Source: Candidatus Methylomirabilia bacterium
Lineage (GTDB): Bacteria; Methylomirabilota; Methylomirabilia; Rokubacteriales; CSP1-6
DNA: 61,963 bases
Direction: 5' to 3'
Assembly: GCA_041497895.1 (NCBI GenBank)
Contig: JBGQHJ010000009.1
Span: forward strand, 1 to 61,963
The notes below the pieces were generated by a model. The model saw only the letters and a program-made list of their open reading frames with translations, was not told where the DNA came from and ran no database searches. This document shows, piece by piece, positions 48,852-58,711 of the stretch. Each line of letters opens with the position of its first letter. The stretch's first letter is position 1. The position numbers and the translations under genes were made by a program.

Positions 48852-50041
48852 GCGCGCTCCGGCTCGCCCTCGTCGCGGTCCTCCTCCTGACCGGGGCCGC
48901 GCGCGCCCCCGCGTGGGGGCAGGAGGCGCCGCGGTCACCGACGCCGCCGTCGGTGCCGGTCGCGGCGCGGGTGGTCGACGTGGCGCGCGGGCTCGAGCGC
49001 CCCTGGGGCCTCGCGTTCCTGCCCGACGGGCGCCTGCTCGTGACCGAGCGGCCGGGTCGGCTGCGCCTCGTGACCGGCGGCGTGCTGTCGGCGCCGCTCG
49101 CCGGCGTGCCGACGGTGTTCGCGCAGGGGCAGGGCGGTCTCCTCGACGTCGCGCTCAGCCCGACCTTCGGCCAGGACCACCTGGTCTACCTCTCCTTCGC
49201 CGAGCCCGGGCCGGGCGGCGCCTCCACCGCGGTGGCGCGCGGCCGGCTGGGCCCGCGCGGGCTCGAGGGCACGCAGGTGATCTGGCGGCAGCGGCCCAAG
49301 GTGGAGGGGCCGAACCACTGGGGCTCGCGCCTGGTCTTCCGGCCCGACGGCACGCTCTTCGTCACGCTCGGCGAGCGCTTCGCCTACCGGGAGCGCGCGC
49401 AGGATCTCTCGACCACGCTCGGCAAGATCGTGCGCATCAACCCCGACGGCTCGATCCCGCCCGACAATCCCTTCGTCGGCCGACCGGGCGTGCTGCCCGA
49501 GATCTGGTCCTACGGCCATCGAAACGTCCAGGCCGCCACGCTCGATGCGCAGGGGCGCCTGTGGACGGTGGAGCACGGCGCGATGGGCGGCGACGAGCTG
49601 AATCGCCCCGAGGCGGGCAGGAACTACGGCTGGCCGGTCATCACCTACGGGCTCGACTACTCGGGAGCCCGCATCGGCGTCGGCACCGCGCAGGCGGGGA
49701 TGGAGCAGCCGGTCTACTACTGGGACCCGGTCATCGCCCCGTCCGGCGCGGTCTTCTACACCGGCACGGCGTTTCCCGAGTGGCGGGGCGATCTCTTCGT
49801 GGGCTCCCTCCGGCCCGGCTGCCTCGTCCGGCTCCGCCTCGACGGCGACCGGGTCGTCCGGGAGGAGCGCTATCTCGAACAGCTCGGCGAGCGCATCCGG
49901 GACGTGCGGCAGGGGCCGGACGGCTTCCTCTATCTCCTGACCGACGAGCCCCGCGGCCGGATCTTCCGCCTCGAACCCACCGGCGCCTGGGGCGCGCCGT
50001 CGATCAGGTCCGCGCCAGCGGCCAGCCCAGCCACTCGCTGA
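48848..50041 (+). CDS. PQQ-dependent aldose sugar dehydrogenase (YliI/GdhB family); start possibly CTG
   Basis: '[10 protein letters not shown]', 'GQGGLLDV', 'YGHRN', 'EHG..GGDELN' and 'RIRDV'. A signal-peptide-like N-terminus begins at a CTG overlapping the P450 TGA. Confidence 0.88.
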   Translation: MSALRLALVAVLLLTGAARAPAWGQEAPRSPTPPSVPVAARVVDVARGLERPWGLAFLPDGRLLVTERPGRLRLVTGGVLSAPLAGVPTVFAQGQGGLLDVALSPTFGQDHLVYLSFAEPGPGGASTAVARGRLGPRGLEGTQVIWRQRPKVEGPNHWGSRLVFRPDGTLFVTLGERFAYRERAQDLSTTLGKIVRINPDGSIPPDNPFVGRPGVLPEIWSYGHRNVQAATLDAQGRLWTVEHGAMGGDELNRPEAGRNYGWPVITYGLDYSGARIGVGTAQAGMEQPVYYWDPVIAPSGAVFYTGTAFPEWRGDLFVGSLRPGCLVRLRLDGDRVVREERYLEQLGERIRDVRQGPDGFLYLLTDEPRGRIFRLEPTGAWGAPSIRSAPAASPATR

Positions 50042-50846
50042 CGCCGCGCCCCATCACCCACTCGAGGTCCTCTCCCTTGAGCCAGGGCAGGTGCTGGGTG
50101 AACAGCGTGATGCACTCGTAGTAGGTGCACGGCATGCGGGTGAGGTCGGTGCCCCAGAAGACCCGGCGCGGGCCGAAGGCGTCCACCAGCTGGCGGATGG
50201 CGCCGTGCAGGTCGCGAAACGGGTAGGGCTCGGCGGAGAGCGACGGCATCCCCGAGGCCTTCACCGCGATGTTCGGATGCCTCGCGAGCGCGCAGACCGC
50301 GGGCAGCTCGTCGAAGACCTTCGGCGCCTTGCCGCGCACGCTGATCCCCACGTGGTCGATCACGAGCTTGAGGCCCGGATGCTTGCCCGCGATGCGGTCG
50401 AGGTGATCGAGCGCGCCCGGCACCAGGACCATCAGCGGCACGCCCGCCTTCTCCGCGGCCGGCCAGAGCCAGTCGGCGGTGCCGTCGGTGAGGAAGTGAC
50501 GGTAGTGCTCGTTGTGGAACGTGAAGCGCATGCCGAGCATGCCGGGTTGCTTGCGCCAGTCGGCGACCAGCGCGCGGCTCGCCGGATCGCCGAGCGCGAG
50601 CCGGCCCATCACCGCGAAGCGGTCGGGATAGGTGCGCGCCGCTTCCAGCGCCATGTCGTTGCGATCTCCTTCCCACGAGGGCGGCACGAGCACCATGCGG
50701 CGCACCTTGGCCAGGTCCATCTGGAACAGCAGCGTCTCCTTCAGGATCTGGTAGGGCTTCTGCGCTTCCGGCGCGCGGCCGGGCGGCCACGGGCGGCTCG
50801 GGCTCTCGGCGGCCCAGAGGTGCACCTGCGAATCGACGATGTCCAT
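50004..50846 (-). CDS. Amidohydrolase_2 family protein (lactonase-like)
   Basis: 'DSQVH', 'VIDHVG', 'VKAS' and 'FWGTD'. Confidence 0.88.
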   Translation of the reverse strand: MDIVDSQVHLWAAESPSRPWPPGRAPEAQKPYQILKETLLFQMDLAKVRRMVLVPPSWEGDRNDMALEAARTYPDRFAVMGRLALGDPASRALVADWRKQPGMLGMRFTFHNEHYRHFLTDGTADWLWPAAEKAGVPLMVLVPGALDHLDRIAGKHPGLKLVIDHVGISVRGKAPKVFDELPAVCALARHPNIAVKASGMPSLSAEPYPFRDLHGAIRQLVDAFGPRRVFWGTDLTRMPCTYYECITLFTQHLPWLKGEDLEWVMGRGVSEWLGWPLART

Positions 50847-50860
50847 GGTCGGTCTGCCTC

Positions 50861-52396
50861 CTAGCGCGGGGCCTTGAGCCGCAGGTCCTCGTACGGGGCG
50901 GAGTACGAGAAGCCCTTGATGTGATCGACGCACGCCTCCTCGACCCTGGGGCCGATCCCCCAGAGGAAGGCGAGCTCATAGATCGGCACGTACATCGCGC
51001 GATCGTGCATGATCTGCTGGATCTGGTGCAGCATGCCCTCGCGCTTCTTCCGGTCGAGCTCGCGCGCCTGGCGCTGGAAGAGGGTCTCGATCTCCGGCAC
51101 CTCGCCGGAGGAGTAGATGCCGCCCTTGGTCGCGTACACCTCGATGCGGGTCGCCGCGTTGCCGGCGGGCGCGCCCAGGCCCATGATCACGCCCCGGATC
51201 TTGTGCTCGCGCCATGACGTGAGGAAGGTCGCGCGCTCCATCGTGCGCAGACGCGTGCGGATGCCGACCGCCTGGAGGTAGCTGCCGATCGCCTCGGCCA
51301 GCGAGAAGAAGGGAGGGAACGGGGTGAGGTCGCCCGCGTCGAAGCCGTTGGGGAAGCCCGCTTCCGCGAGCAGGCGCTTGGCGCGCGCCGGATCGTAGGC
51401 GGGCGGGTCGTAGGCGCGCGCGAAGTCGAGCACGCGCGGGATCAGGCCGCCGGTGGGACGCGAGAGGCCCAGCGTCTCGGCCTGATTCAGCCCGGCGCGG
51501 TCGAGGGCGTAGCCGGCGGCCTGGCGCACGCGCACGTCGTGCCACGGCGACTTCGGATCCCACTGCTCGGGCAGGTCGAGGAAGACCACGCCGGGCGGCA
51601 TCGCGGCGGCGAGGCGCAGGCCCGGCGTGCGCTTGACCTCCTCCGCGAGAGGCCCGCTCAGCAGGTAGACGATGTCGACGTCACCCGCCTTCAGCGCGGC
51701 GGCCCGCGTGGTCTCGTCGGGCATGCTGCGGAAGACCAGGCGCTTCACCGACGGGACCTTCCGCCAGTAGCCCTCGAAGGCCTCCATCACCAGCTCCACT
51801 CCGGGCGTGAAGCTCACCACCCGGTACGGGCCCGCGCCGATCGGCGCCTTCTTGAAGCCGTCGTCGCCCACCTTCTCCACGTACTTCTTGGGCACGATCC
51901 ACGCCGCCCCGGTGGCGGAGGTCCCGTAGAAGGTCATGAAGTCGGGCCACGGCTCCTTGAGGTGGAAGCGCACGCGGCCGGGATCGACGATCTGCACCTC
52001 GCGGACGCGGTCGTGCAGGAGCTTGGCCGCCGCCCCCTTGTACCGGTCGAACGAGAACTTCACGTCCTCCGCGGTCACCGGGTCCCCGTTGTGGAACTTC
52101 ACGTTCTTTCGCAGGACGAACTCGTAGACGAGGCCGTCCCTCGACTGGGTCCACGACTCGGCCAGGCTCGGGGTATTGTCGCCGCCCGGCATCGGCTTCA
52201 CGAGCGCGTCGTGCACCGCGTAGAGCACCATGAACGGGTTGATGAAGGCCTCGGTCTCGGCCGGGTCGAGCCACTTGGCGGCCAGCGTGACGTGGAGGCC
52301 CCAGGTGAGCGTGCCTTCGGGCGCGGCCGGCGCGGGGGCCGGGCGGAGGGCGAGCGCGGAGAGGGTCAGGAGAGCGGTGAGGGCGAGTCGTCGCAT
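50861..52396 (-). CDS. Orphan ABC transporter solute-binding protein, family 5
   Basis: Signal peptide, 'SLAESW', 'VKFHNG' and 'IGAGPY'. Confidence 0.9.
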   Translation of the reverse strand: MRRLALTALLTLSALALRPAPAPAAPEGTLTWGLHVTLAAKWLDPAETEAFINPFMVLYAVHDALVKPMPGGDNTPSLAESWTQSRDGLVYEFVLRKNVKFHNGDPVTAEDVKFSFDRYKGAAAKLLHDRVREVQIVDPGRVRFHLKEPWPDFMTFYGTSATGAAWIVPKKYVEKVGDDGFKKAPIGAGPYRVVSFTPGVELVMEAFEGYWRKVPSVKRLVFRSMPDETTRAAALKAGDVDIVYLLSGPLAEEVKRTPGLRLAAAMPPGVVFLDLPEQWDPKSPWHDVRVRQAAGYALDRAGLNQAETLGLSRPTGGLIPRVLDFARAYDPPAYDPARAKRLLAEAGFPNGFDAGDLTPFPPFFSLAEAIGSYLQAVGIRTRLRTMERATFLTSWREHKIRGVIMGLGAPAGNAATRIEVYATKGGIYSSGEVPEIETLFQRQARELDRKKREGMLHQIQQIMHDRAMYVPIYELAFLWGIGPRVEEACVDHIKGFSYSAPYEDLRLKAPR

Positions 52397-52421
52397 GACG
52401 CCTCCGGTCCGTTCGGTCGGT

Positions 52422-53519
52422 TTAGGATCGCGTGCGGGCCGCGGCCAGTCGCGCCGGATCGAACTGATCCAGGTCGACCGACTTCGCGGCGCCGTCGGTG
52501 ATGAGCTCGGCCAGGGCCAGGCCGGTGGCCGGCGCGTTCAGCATGCCCCAGGGCCCGTGGCCGGTGGCCACGTAGGCGCCGCGAGCGCCCGGCACCGGGC
52601 CGATCAGCGGCAGGCCGTCGTCGGCGACCGGTCGGTAGCAGGCCTGCCGGCGCGTGATGGTGGCGGCGGCCAGCGCGGCGGAGACGCGCCCGGCCGCGCG
52701 GGCCAGGACTGCGCAGCCCGCCTCGCTCACCTCCACGCCCTCGGCCGACTCGGGTAGCGGCTGGTGATCGGCCATGCCGCAGACGTACACGGTGCCGTCG
52801 GGCCGCGGGATGATCTCGGGCTCGAGCGCACCGCCGTCCGCGGTGCGATAGTCCATGAAGAGCGCGTGCGCGGGCACGTCCGGCGCGGCCAGCGTCACGC
52901 TGTAGCCCTTGAGCCCGTGGACGCGGGGCAGGCGCACGCCGCCGACGCGCCCGGTCCACGGGCCCATCGCGAGCACCACCGCGTCCGCGTCGAGGGTCTC
53001 GCCGTCGACCACCACGCCGCGCGCGGCGCCGTCGCGCACCGCCACCGCCTCCACCACGCCGAGTCGCAGGACCGCGCCGCTCGCCCGGGCCGCCTCGACC
53101 AGCGCCTCGGTGAAGCGCGCCGGGTGGACCTGGGCGGTGGTCTCGATGGTGCCGATGGTCCCCGCCACGATCGCGGGGCCGTCGATCCAGGCCGGCGCGG
53201 GCACGCGGTGGCCGCCCGCGAGCCGGCCGGTCTCGCGCGCGGCCAGCATGTAGGTGTCCATGCGACGGTAGCCGTAGTCCGCGTCGAGCTCGCGGGAGAG
53301 CGTCGCGTGGAGCGCGAAGCTCGCGCGGGCGAGCCCCTCGACCGGGGTGTTGTCGCACCAGTCGAGGGCCAGGAACCCGCCGGACTTGCCGGACGCGGCG
53401 CAGGCCACCCCGGTGCGCTCGACCACGGTGACCCGGACGCCGCGGCAGGCCAGGAAGTAGGCCACCGAGGCGCCCACGACGCCCGCGCCGCAGACGATGA
53501 CGTGCCGGGAAGAGGTCAT
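52422..53519 (-). CDS. FAD-dependent oxidoreductase (DAO/glycine oxidase family)
   Basis: 'CGAGVVG', 'ASGKSGGFL' and 'ATGHGPWG'. Confidence 0.88.
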   Translation of the reverse strand: MTSSRHVIVCGAGVVGASVAYFLACRGVRVTVVERTGVACAASGKSGGFLALDWCDNTPVEGLARASFALHATLSRELDADYGYRRMDTYMLAARETGRLAGGHRVPAPAWIDGPAIVAGTIGTIETTAQVHPARFTEALVEAARASGAVLRLGVVEAVAVRDGAARGVVVDGETLDADAVVLAMGPWTGRVGGVRLPRVHGLKGYSVTLAAPDVPAHALFMDYRTADGGALEPEIIPRPDGTVYVCGMADHQPLPESAEGVEVSEAGCAVLARAAGRVSAALAAATITRRQACYRPVADDGLPLIGPVPGARGAYVATGHGPWGMLNAPATGLALAELITDGAAKSVDLDQFDPARLAAARTRS

Positions 53520-53556
53520 GGCCGGTTCGCCGCACAGGGTAGTACAATTCCCCTCC

Positions 53557-54393
53557 ATGGACCACGGCGTCGTGATGTTCCCGACCGAGTACTCGATCGC
53601 CCCCGACGAATTCGCCCGCGCCCTCGAGGAGCGGGGCTTCGAATCGGTGTGGTTCCCCGAGCACACCCACATCCCGGCGAGCCGCAAGAGCGCCTGGCCC
53701 GGCGGGGGCGACCTGCCGCGCGAGTACTGGTCGGCCTACGACCCCTTCGTGGCCCTGATGGCGGCGGCGGGGGCGACGAAGCGGCTCCGGCTCGGCACCG
53801 GCATCTGCCTGGTGATCGAGCGCGATCCGATCGTCACCGCCAAGGAGATCGCCACGCTCGATCGCCTGTCGGGCGGGCGCGTGCTCTTCGGCATCGGCGG
53901 CGGCTGGAACGCGGAGGAGATGGAGAACCACGGCACCGCCTGGAAGAGCCGGTGGCGCCTCCTGCGCGAGCGGGTGCTGGCCATGAAGGCGATCTGGACC
54001 CAGCGGGAGGCGAGCTACCAGGGGGAATTCGTGCGCTTCGACCGGATCTGGTCCGAGCCGAAGCCGCTGCAGAAGCCGCACCCGCCGGTCATCATCGGCG
54101 GCGACGGGGAGAAGACCTTCGATCGGGTGGTCGAGTTCGGCGACGGCTGGATGCCGATCCTCCGGCCGCACACCAACCCGGTGGAGAAGATCCCGGCCCT
54201 GCACGAGCGCCTGAGGAAGGCCGGCCGCGACCCCAAGAGCGCGCCGGTGTCGATCTTCTTCGCGCCGCCCCGACGGGAGGCGCTCGACTCGCTCGCCGCG
54301 GCGGGGGTCTCGCGCGCGATCTTCGGGCTGGCGCCCGAGCCGCGCGACAAGATCCTGCCGCGCCTCGACGCCCTGGCCGCGCTCGTGCGTTGA
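53557..54393 (+). CDS. LLM class, probably F420-dependent, oxidoreductase (Rv2161c-like)
   Basis: 'VWFPEHTHIP', 'DPFVAL' and 'GGWNAEEMENHG'; TACAAT 8 nt before the ATG. Confidence 0.85.
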   Translation: MDHGVVMFPTEYSIAPDEFARALEERGFESVWFPEHTHIPASRKSAWPGGGDLPREYWSAYDPFVALMAAAGATKRLRLGTGICLVIERDPIVTAKEIATLDRLSGGRVLFGIGGGWNAEEMENHGTAWKSRWRLLRERVLAMKAIWTQREASYQGEFVRFDRIWSEPKPLQKPHPPVIIGGDGEKTFDRVVEFGDGWMPILRPHTNPVEKIPALHERLRKAGRDPKSAPVSIFFAPPRREALDSLAAAGVSRAIFGLAPEPRDKILPRLDALAALVR

Positions 54394-55118
54394 CGCAGAA
54401 CGTCTACGACGACGAGGCGTTCTTCGAGGCGTACTCCCGGCTCCCCCGCTCGCTCCACGGCCTCGACGGCGCGCCGGAGTGGCCCGCGCTCCGCGCCCTC
54501 CTCCCCGCGCTCGAGGGCCGTCGCGTGCTGGACCTGGGATGCGGGTTCGGGTGGTTCTGCCGCTGGGCGCGCGAGCACGACGCGGCCGGGGTGCTCGGCC
54601 TCGACGTGTCCGAGCGGATGCTGGCCCGCGCGAGGGCGGAGACCCACGACCCCGCGATCACGTACGTCCGGGCCGACCTCGAGCGGCTCGACGCTCCCGC
54701 CGGCTCCTTCGATCTCGTCCACAGCGCGCTGGCCTTCCACTACGTGGAGGACCTGGCGGGACTCCTGGCCCGCGTCCACGCGGCCCTGACGCCGGGCGGC
54801 GCGCTGGTCTTCTCGGTCGAGCACCCGATCTACACCGCGCCCCCGAGCCCCGGCTGGTCGGTCGACGCCGCGGGGCGGAGTGTGTGGCCGGTCGCCGGCT
54901 ACCTGGACGAGGGGCCCCGCTCCACCGACTGGCTCGCGAAGGGCGTGATCAAGCGGCACCGCACGATCGCGACGTACGTCAACCTGCTGATCAGCGAAGG
55001 GCTCTCGATCGCGCACCTCGACGAGTGGGGACCGAGCGAGGCGCAGATCGCGTCGCACCCGGAGTGGGCCAACGAGCGGCAGCGCCCGCCGTTCCTCCTC
55101 GTGGCGTGCCGCCGGTGA
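54390..55118 (+). CDS. Class I SAM-dependent methyltransferase
   Basis: TTG start overlapping the upstream TGA; 'QNVYDD', 'VLDLGCGFG' and 'FSVEHP'. Confidence 0.88.
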   Translation: MTQNVYDDEAFFEAYSRLPRSLHGLDGAPEWPALRALLPALEGRRVLDLGCGFGWFCRWAREHDAAGVLGLDVSERMLARARAETHDPAITYVRADLERLDAPAGSFDLVHSALAFHYVEDLAGLLARVHAALTPGGALVFSVEHPIYTAPPSPGWSVDAAGRSVWPVAGYLDEGPRSTDWLAKGVIKRHRTIATYVNLLISEGLSIAHLDEWGPSEAQIASHPEWANERQRPPFLLVACRR

Positions 55119-55122
55119 GCGG

Positions 55123-56118
55123 CTAGGGCGCGACCGGCCCGTTCGGCGTCACCAGGATCTTGCCGTGACGCTGGCCCCGCTCGGCGTGGGCCACCGCGGC
55201 GCGGATCTCCTCGATCGGGTAGATCCGCTCGACCGGCGCGGTGAGCACACCCGCGCGCACCTGGGCGGCCAGCTCCGCGTAGATCTCGCGGACCTGCGCG
55301 CGCGAGCGCGGGGCCAGGGCGCGGCCCAGGATGAAGCCGACCAGGCTCTGCCCGTCCCCGATCAGCTTGCTCCGCGGCATGACCGGATCCTCCCCGCTCA
55401 TCGAGCCGTAGTTGCAGATCACGCCGCCCTCGCCCGCGCACGCCGAGATGCGGGCGGTGGCCTGGCCCGACACCGCGTCGAGGCCCAGGCGGATCGAGGC
55501 GCCGCCGGTCGCGGCCCGGACCCGCTCGGCCAGGTCGGGGCCGTCGACCACGCAGACGTCCGCGCCGAGCGGTGCGAGCTCGGCGAACAGCGCCTCGCGC
55601 CGCACCACGTTGACGGTGCGGACGCCGCGCGCGTGGCCGAGGCGGATCACGAAGCGGCCCACCGCGGAGTTGGCCACGTTCTGGATGATCCAGTCGCCCG
55701 GCCGCAGCTCGACCACGTCGGTGAGCAGCAGCAGCGCGGTGGGCGGGTTGATGCGGAGCATGGCGGCCTGGAGCAGGTCGAGGCCCGGGGGCACCGGGAT
55801 CACGTCGTCTCCCGCCACGCGTCGCCGCTGGGTCCAGTTCTCCCGCTGCAGGTCGATCACCAGGTCGCCCGGCTTGACGTGGGTGACCCCGCCGCCCACC
55901 GCGGTGACGCGCCCCACGCACTCGGCGCCGATGCCGGCCGGCAGGGCGGGCCGCAGGCGATAGGTCCCGCGGCACATCGAGAGGTCGGCCGGGTTGATGG
56001 GGAAGGCGAGCACGTCGAAGACCACCTCGCCCGCGGCGGGCGCGCCCGGGTCCGGGACCTCCACGCAGCGCACCGCGTCCTCGGGGGAGCCGTACCGCTC
56101 GAGCAGGACCTGCTTCAT
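55123..56118 (-). CDS. MDR family, trans-2-enoyl-thioester reductase-like
   Basis: 'PINPAD', 'INPPTA', 'QNVANSAVG' and 'YGSMS'. Confidence 0.85.
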   Translation of the reverse strand: MKQVLLERYGSPEDAVRCVEVPDPGAPAAGEVVFDVLAFPINPADLSMCRGTYRLRPALPAGIGAECVGRVTAVGGGVTHVKPGDLVIDLQRENWTQRRRVAGDDVIPVPPGLDLLQAAMLRINPPTALLLLTDVVELRPGDWIIQNVANSAVGRFVIRLGHARGVRTVNVVRREALFAELAPLGADVCVVDGPDLAERVRAATGGASIRLGLDAVSGQATARISACAGEGGVICNYGSMSGEDPVMPRSKLIGDGQSLVGFILGRALAPRSRAQVREIYAELAAQVRAGVLTAPVERIYPIEEIRAAVAHAERGQRHGKILVTPNGPVAP

Positions 56119-56125
56119 GAGGGCC

Positions 56126-56620
56126 TCAGATCAGGAAGGCGAGGTTGGGGAGGGGCTCGGCCGCGTTCACGAGCACGACCGTCTTGCGGCTCATCCGGAG
56201 CTGGTCCTCGACGCGGCGGAGCCGGTGGGTCGCGCGGCCCGCCCACCAGTGCAGCTCGCGCTTCGCCTGCACCGCCAGCTCGGCGAGGATGAAGTTCGAC
56301 CCCGCGATCAGCTCGCCATCCGCGGCCGTCTCGACCTCGATGTTCGAGATGAGCCGCCGCATGAGCGACGCCGGTTCCTGGCTGTAGCGGACGCCGGTCT
56401 GGAGCAGCTTGACCCGGGTCTCGATGCGCGCCCGGTTGTCGTAGATGTGCGAGAGGTGCCGCTCCGGGTCCGCGCCCGGATCGGTGGTGGCGGGCACCCA
56501 GTACACCCCGTCGTCCGTCCACAGCGCGAGCCACTCGGCGTAGCGGGCCTCGTCGGCCAGGCGCGCTTCCCGGTAGAGGAAGTCGGCGACCGCCCGGTGG
56601 TCGGCGTCCCTCGTACTCAC
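56126..56620 (-). CDS. Aromatic ring-hydroxylating dioxygenase beta subunit
   Basis: 'FLYREARLAD', 'WLALW', 'YWVP' and 'RRLISN'; GTGA overlap. Confidence 0.9.
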   Translation of the reverse strand: MSTRDADHRAVADFLYREARLADEARYAEWLALWTDDGVYWVPATTDPGADPERHLSHIYDNRARIETRVKLLQTGVRYSQEPASLMRRLISNIEVETAADGELIAGSNFILAELAVQAKRELHWWAGRATHRLRRVEDQLRMSRKTVVLVNAAEPLPNLAFLI

Positions 56621-57858
56621 GCCTCCGTCATCACGGAGCGGAGGTGGCGCCAGAAGCCGCGGTTGGTCGTCTCGTCGGTGACGTGGGAGACGATCCGGCC
56701 GTCGTCGTCGACGACCTCCCGGTTGAGCCCGCGGCCCAGGAGGAGCCAAGGGCTGGTGCGCGCGTGCAGGCCCTGCTGGTTGCGGCCCGCGATGATCAGG
56801 TCGTCCGGCATCAGGAAGGACGCGGGACCCATGCCGGCCTCGGCCATGCGGAGGAGGCGGCCGTTCCACTCGGGCACACCCTTCCAGAACATCGGGGTGT
56901 GCCAGTGCACGCACTCCTCGACCGAGACCGGCTGGACGATCGCGATGTTGGTCTCGCCGAGGAAGAGGTTGGGGAAGATCAGGGCGTGCGCGGGGCCTTC
57001 CTGGAAACGGCGCTGGGCTTTTTCGGGCCCGTCCCGGTGCTCGATCTCGGCCACGAACCGCGCCACCGTCGAGCCGGAGGCGCTCCCGAGCCACTCGAAG
57101 AGGCCCTCGTAGCCGGGCGACCAGTCGATCTCGATGTGGCCGCGGCCCCAGTCGCGCACCACCGCCTTGATCGCGCGCTCGTCGCCGACGACCCGCCGGT
57201 ACTGCGATTGGATCGTTCTGAAGAGGGCCATGTGCACGAAGCCCAGGTGGTAGCCGTCGCTGTCGTTCTCGGGCAGCATCTTCCAGTTGGCCGCGCAGCG
57301 GTGCCGGACCCAGCCCGCGGTCAGCTCGATCTCGCCTTCCGGCGAGAGGTCGCACGAGCGATCGATCAACCGCGTGGCCGGGCCCAGGTGCTCGAGGAGC
57401 GAGATGCCGTCCGATGCCAGGCTCGCGAAGACGAAGCCGCGGTACTCCGAGACCCGCGGCGCGCGCGGGAGGCCGTTGGCGCTCTTGTCGAAGTCGGCAT
57501 AGCCGCCGGGATACGGCACCCCGAGCAGCTCGCCGCGCAGGTCGTAGGTCCAGCCGTGGTACGGGCAGGTGAGGGTGCGGGCGTGGCCGCGATCGGCGGG
57601 GCAGACCATGGTGCCGCGGTGCCGGCAGCGGTTGACCAGGATCGAGATCTGACCGTCGCCGGCCCGCACCATGATGACCGGCTCGGTGCCCACGGTACGG
57701 GTGACGTAGTCGCCGGGCCGCGGGATCTCGCTCGCGTGGCCCACGAAGACCCAGCCGCGGTGGAAGATCCGCTCCATCTCGTCGTCGAACACGCGCGGGT
57801 CGGTGTAGAGGCTCGCGTGGATGCGGTCGTCCTGCACGAGGTGCTTGTAGTCGATCAT
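56617..57858 (-). CDS. Rieske ring-hydroxylating oxygenase alpha subunit
   Basis: Rieske motif 'CRHRG...CPYHGW' and mononuclear-iron motif 'NWK...DGYH..FVH'. Confidence 0.92.
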   Translation of the reverse strand: MIDYKHLVQDDRIHASLYTDPRVFDDEMERIFHRGWVFVGHASEIPRPGDYVTRTVGTEPVIMVRAGDGQISILVNRCRHRGTMVCPADRGHARTLTCPYHGWTYDLRGELLGVPYPGGYADFDKSANGLPRAPRVSEYRGFVFASLASDGISLLEHLGPATRLIDRSCDLSPEGEIELTAGWVRHRCAANWKMLPENDSDGYHLGFVHMALFRTIQSQYRRVVGDERAIKAVVRDWGRGHIEIDWSPGYEGLFEWLGSASGSTVARFVAEIEHRDGPEKAQRRFQEGPAHALIFPNLFLGETNIAIVQPVSVEECVHWHTPMFWKGVPEWNGRLLRMAEAGMGPASFLMPDDLIIAGRNQQGLHARTSPWLLLGRGLNREVVDDDGRIVSHVTDETTNRGFWRHLRSVMTEA

Positions 57859-57862
57859 GGGG

Positions 57863-58690
57863 CTACTCGTAGGACTCGGGGGCGTGGCGGACGCTTCGGC
57901 TCTGGGGCTGGTCGTGGTTGATCCAGAGCTGGGCCCGCCGCTCCGCGAGCACCGCCGCGATCCGGTCCATGGAGGCGAGCGTCTGCTCGCGGCTCGCGTT
58001 CATCGACGGGACCCGGCGCTGCTCCCAGTTGTCCCGGAAGTGGACCGCGTCGCCCGACAGCACCACCGCGCCGGTCCTCGGCAGCACCACCAGGAGCGAC
58101 TGGTGACCCGGCGTGTGGCCGGGCGTGGAGAGGATCACCACGCTGCCGTCACCCCACACGTCGCGGTCGCCCGCGAGCTTCTCGATCCTCTGGCCCGGCG
58201 CGAAGGCGGGCTTGACCGGCTGGGTCATGGCCCACTCGTACTCCGCCCCCTGGATCAGGATCGTGGAGGCGGGGAAGAGGGCCACGTTGCCGACGTGGTC
58301 GCCGTGCGTGTGCGACAGCGCGACGAAGGTGACGTCGGCCGGCTTGACCCCGATCGCGTCGAGCTGGGCGGCGAGGGTCCGGGGGCGGCGGTACGTGATC
58401 GCCCCGTTGGCCACCACCATGCCGTCCGGCATCGCCGCGACCGCGTCCGGGACGCCGGTATCCCACCGGAGCCAGCCCCGGGCGTGGCGGATCAGGTAGC
58501 AGTTGTCGGAGAACTCGGTCGCCTTGCCCTCGTTGATCCCGGGCGACCAGCGGGACTGGTCGCGCCCGATGTTCTGGCCGCAGTCGAGCACGTAGAGCCG
58601 CTCGATGCCGGGGTCGGCGGCGCGCCCCGCGGGGGTGACCGCGAGGAGGGCCAGGACCGTCGCGGTGACGAGCCGGATCGTGCGATTCAT
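57863..58690 (-). CDS. Secreted N-acyl-homoserine lactonase-family metallo-beta-lactamase fold hydrolase
   Basis: Signal peptide, HxHxDH ('HTHGDH'), 'TPGHTPGH', 'SGD' and 'INHD'. Confidence 0.85.
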   Translation of the reverse strand: MNRTIRLVTATVLALLAVTPAGRAADPGIERLYVLDCGQNIGRDQSRWSPGINEGKATEFSDNCYLIRHARGWLRWDTGVPDAVAAMPDGMVVANGAITYRRPRTLAAQLDAIGVKPADVTFVALSHTHGDHVGNVALFPASTILIQGAEYEWAMTQPVKPAFAPGQRIEKLAGDRDVWGDGSVVILSTPGHTPGHQSLLVVLPRTGAVVLSGDAVHFRDNWEQRRVPSMNASREQTLASMDRIAAVLAERRAQLWINHDQPQSRSVRHAPESYE

Positions 58691-58711
58691 CGAGTCCTCC
58701 CGGGGCCCGGG

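Noticed and set aside
47516..50041. 841-aa ORF and similar long ORFs (e.g. 13757-16360, 21788-24343) as fusion proteins
   Set aside because: Their N-terminal parts are out-of-frame or antisense read-through of neighbouring genes. Only the C-terminal parts have family motifs.
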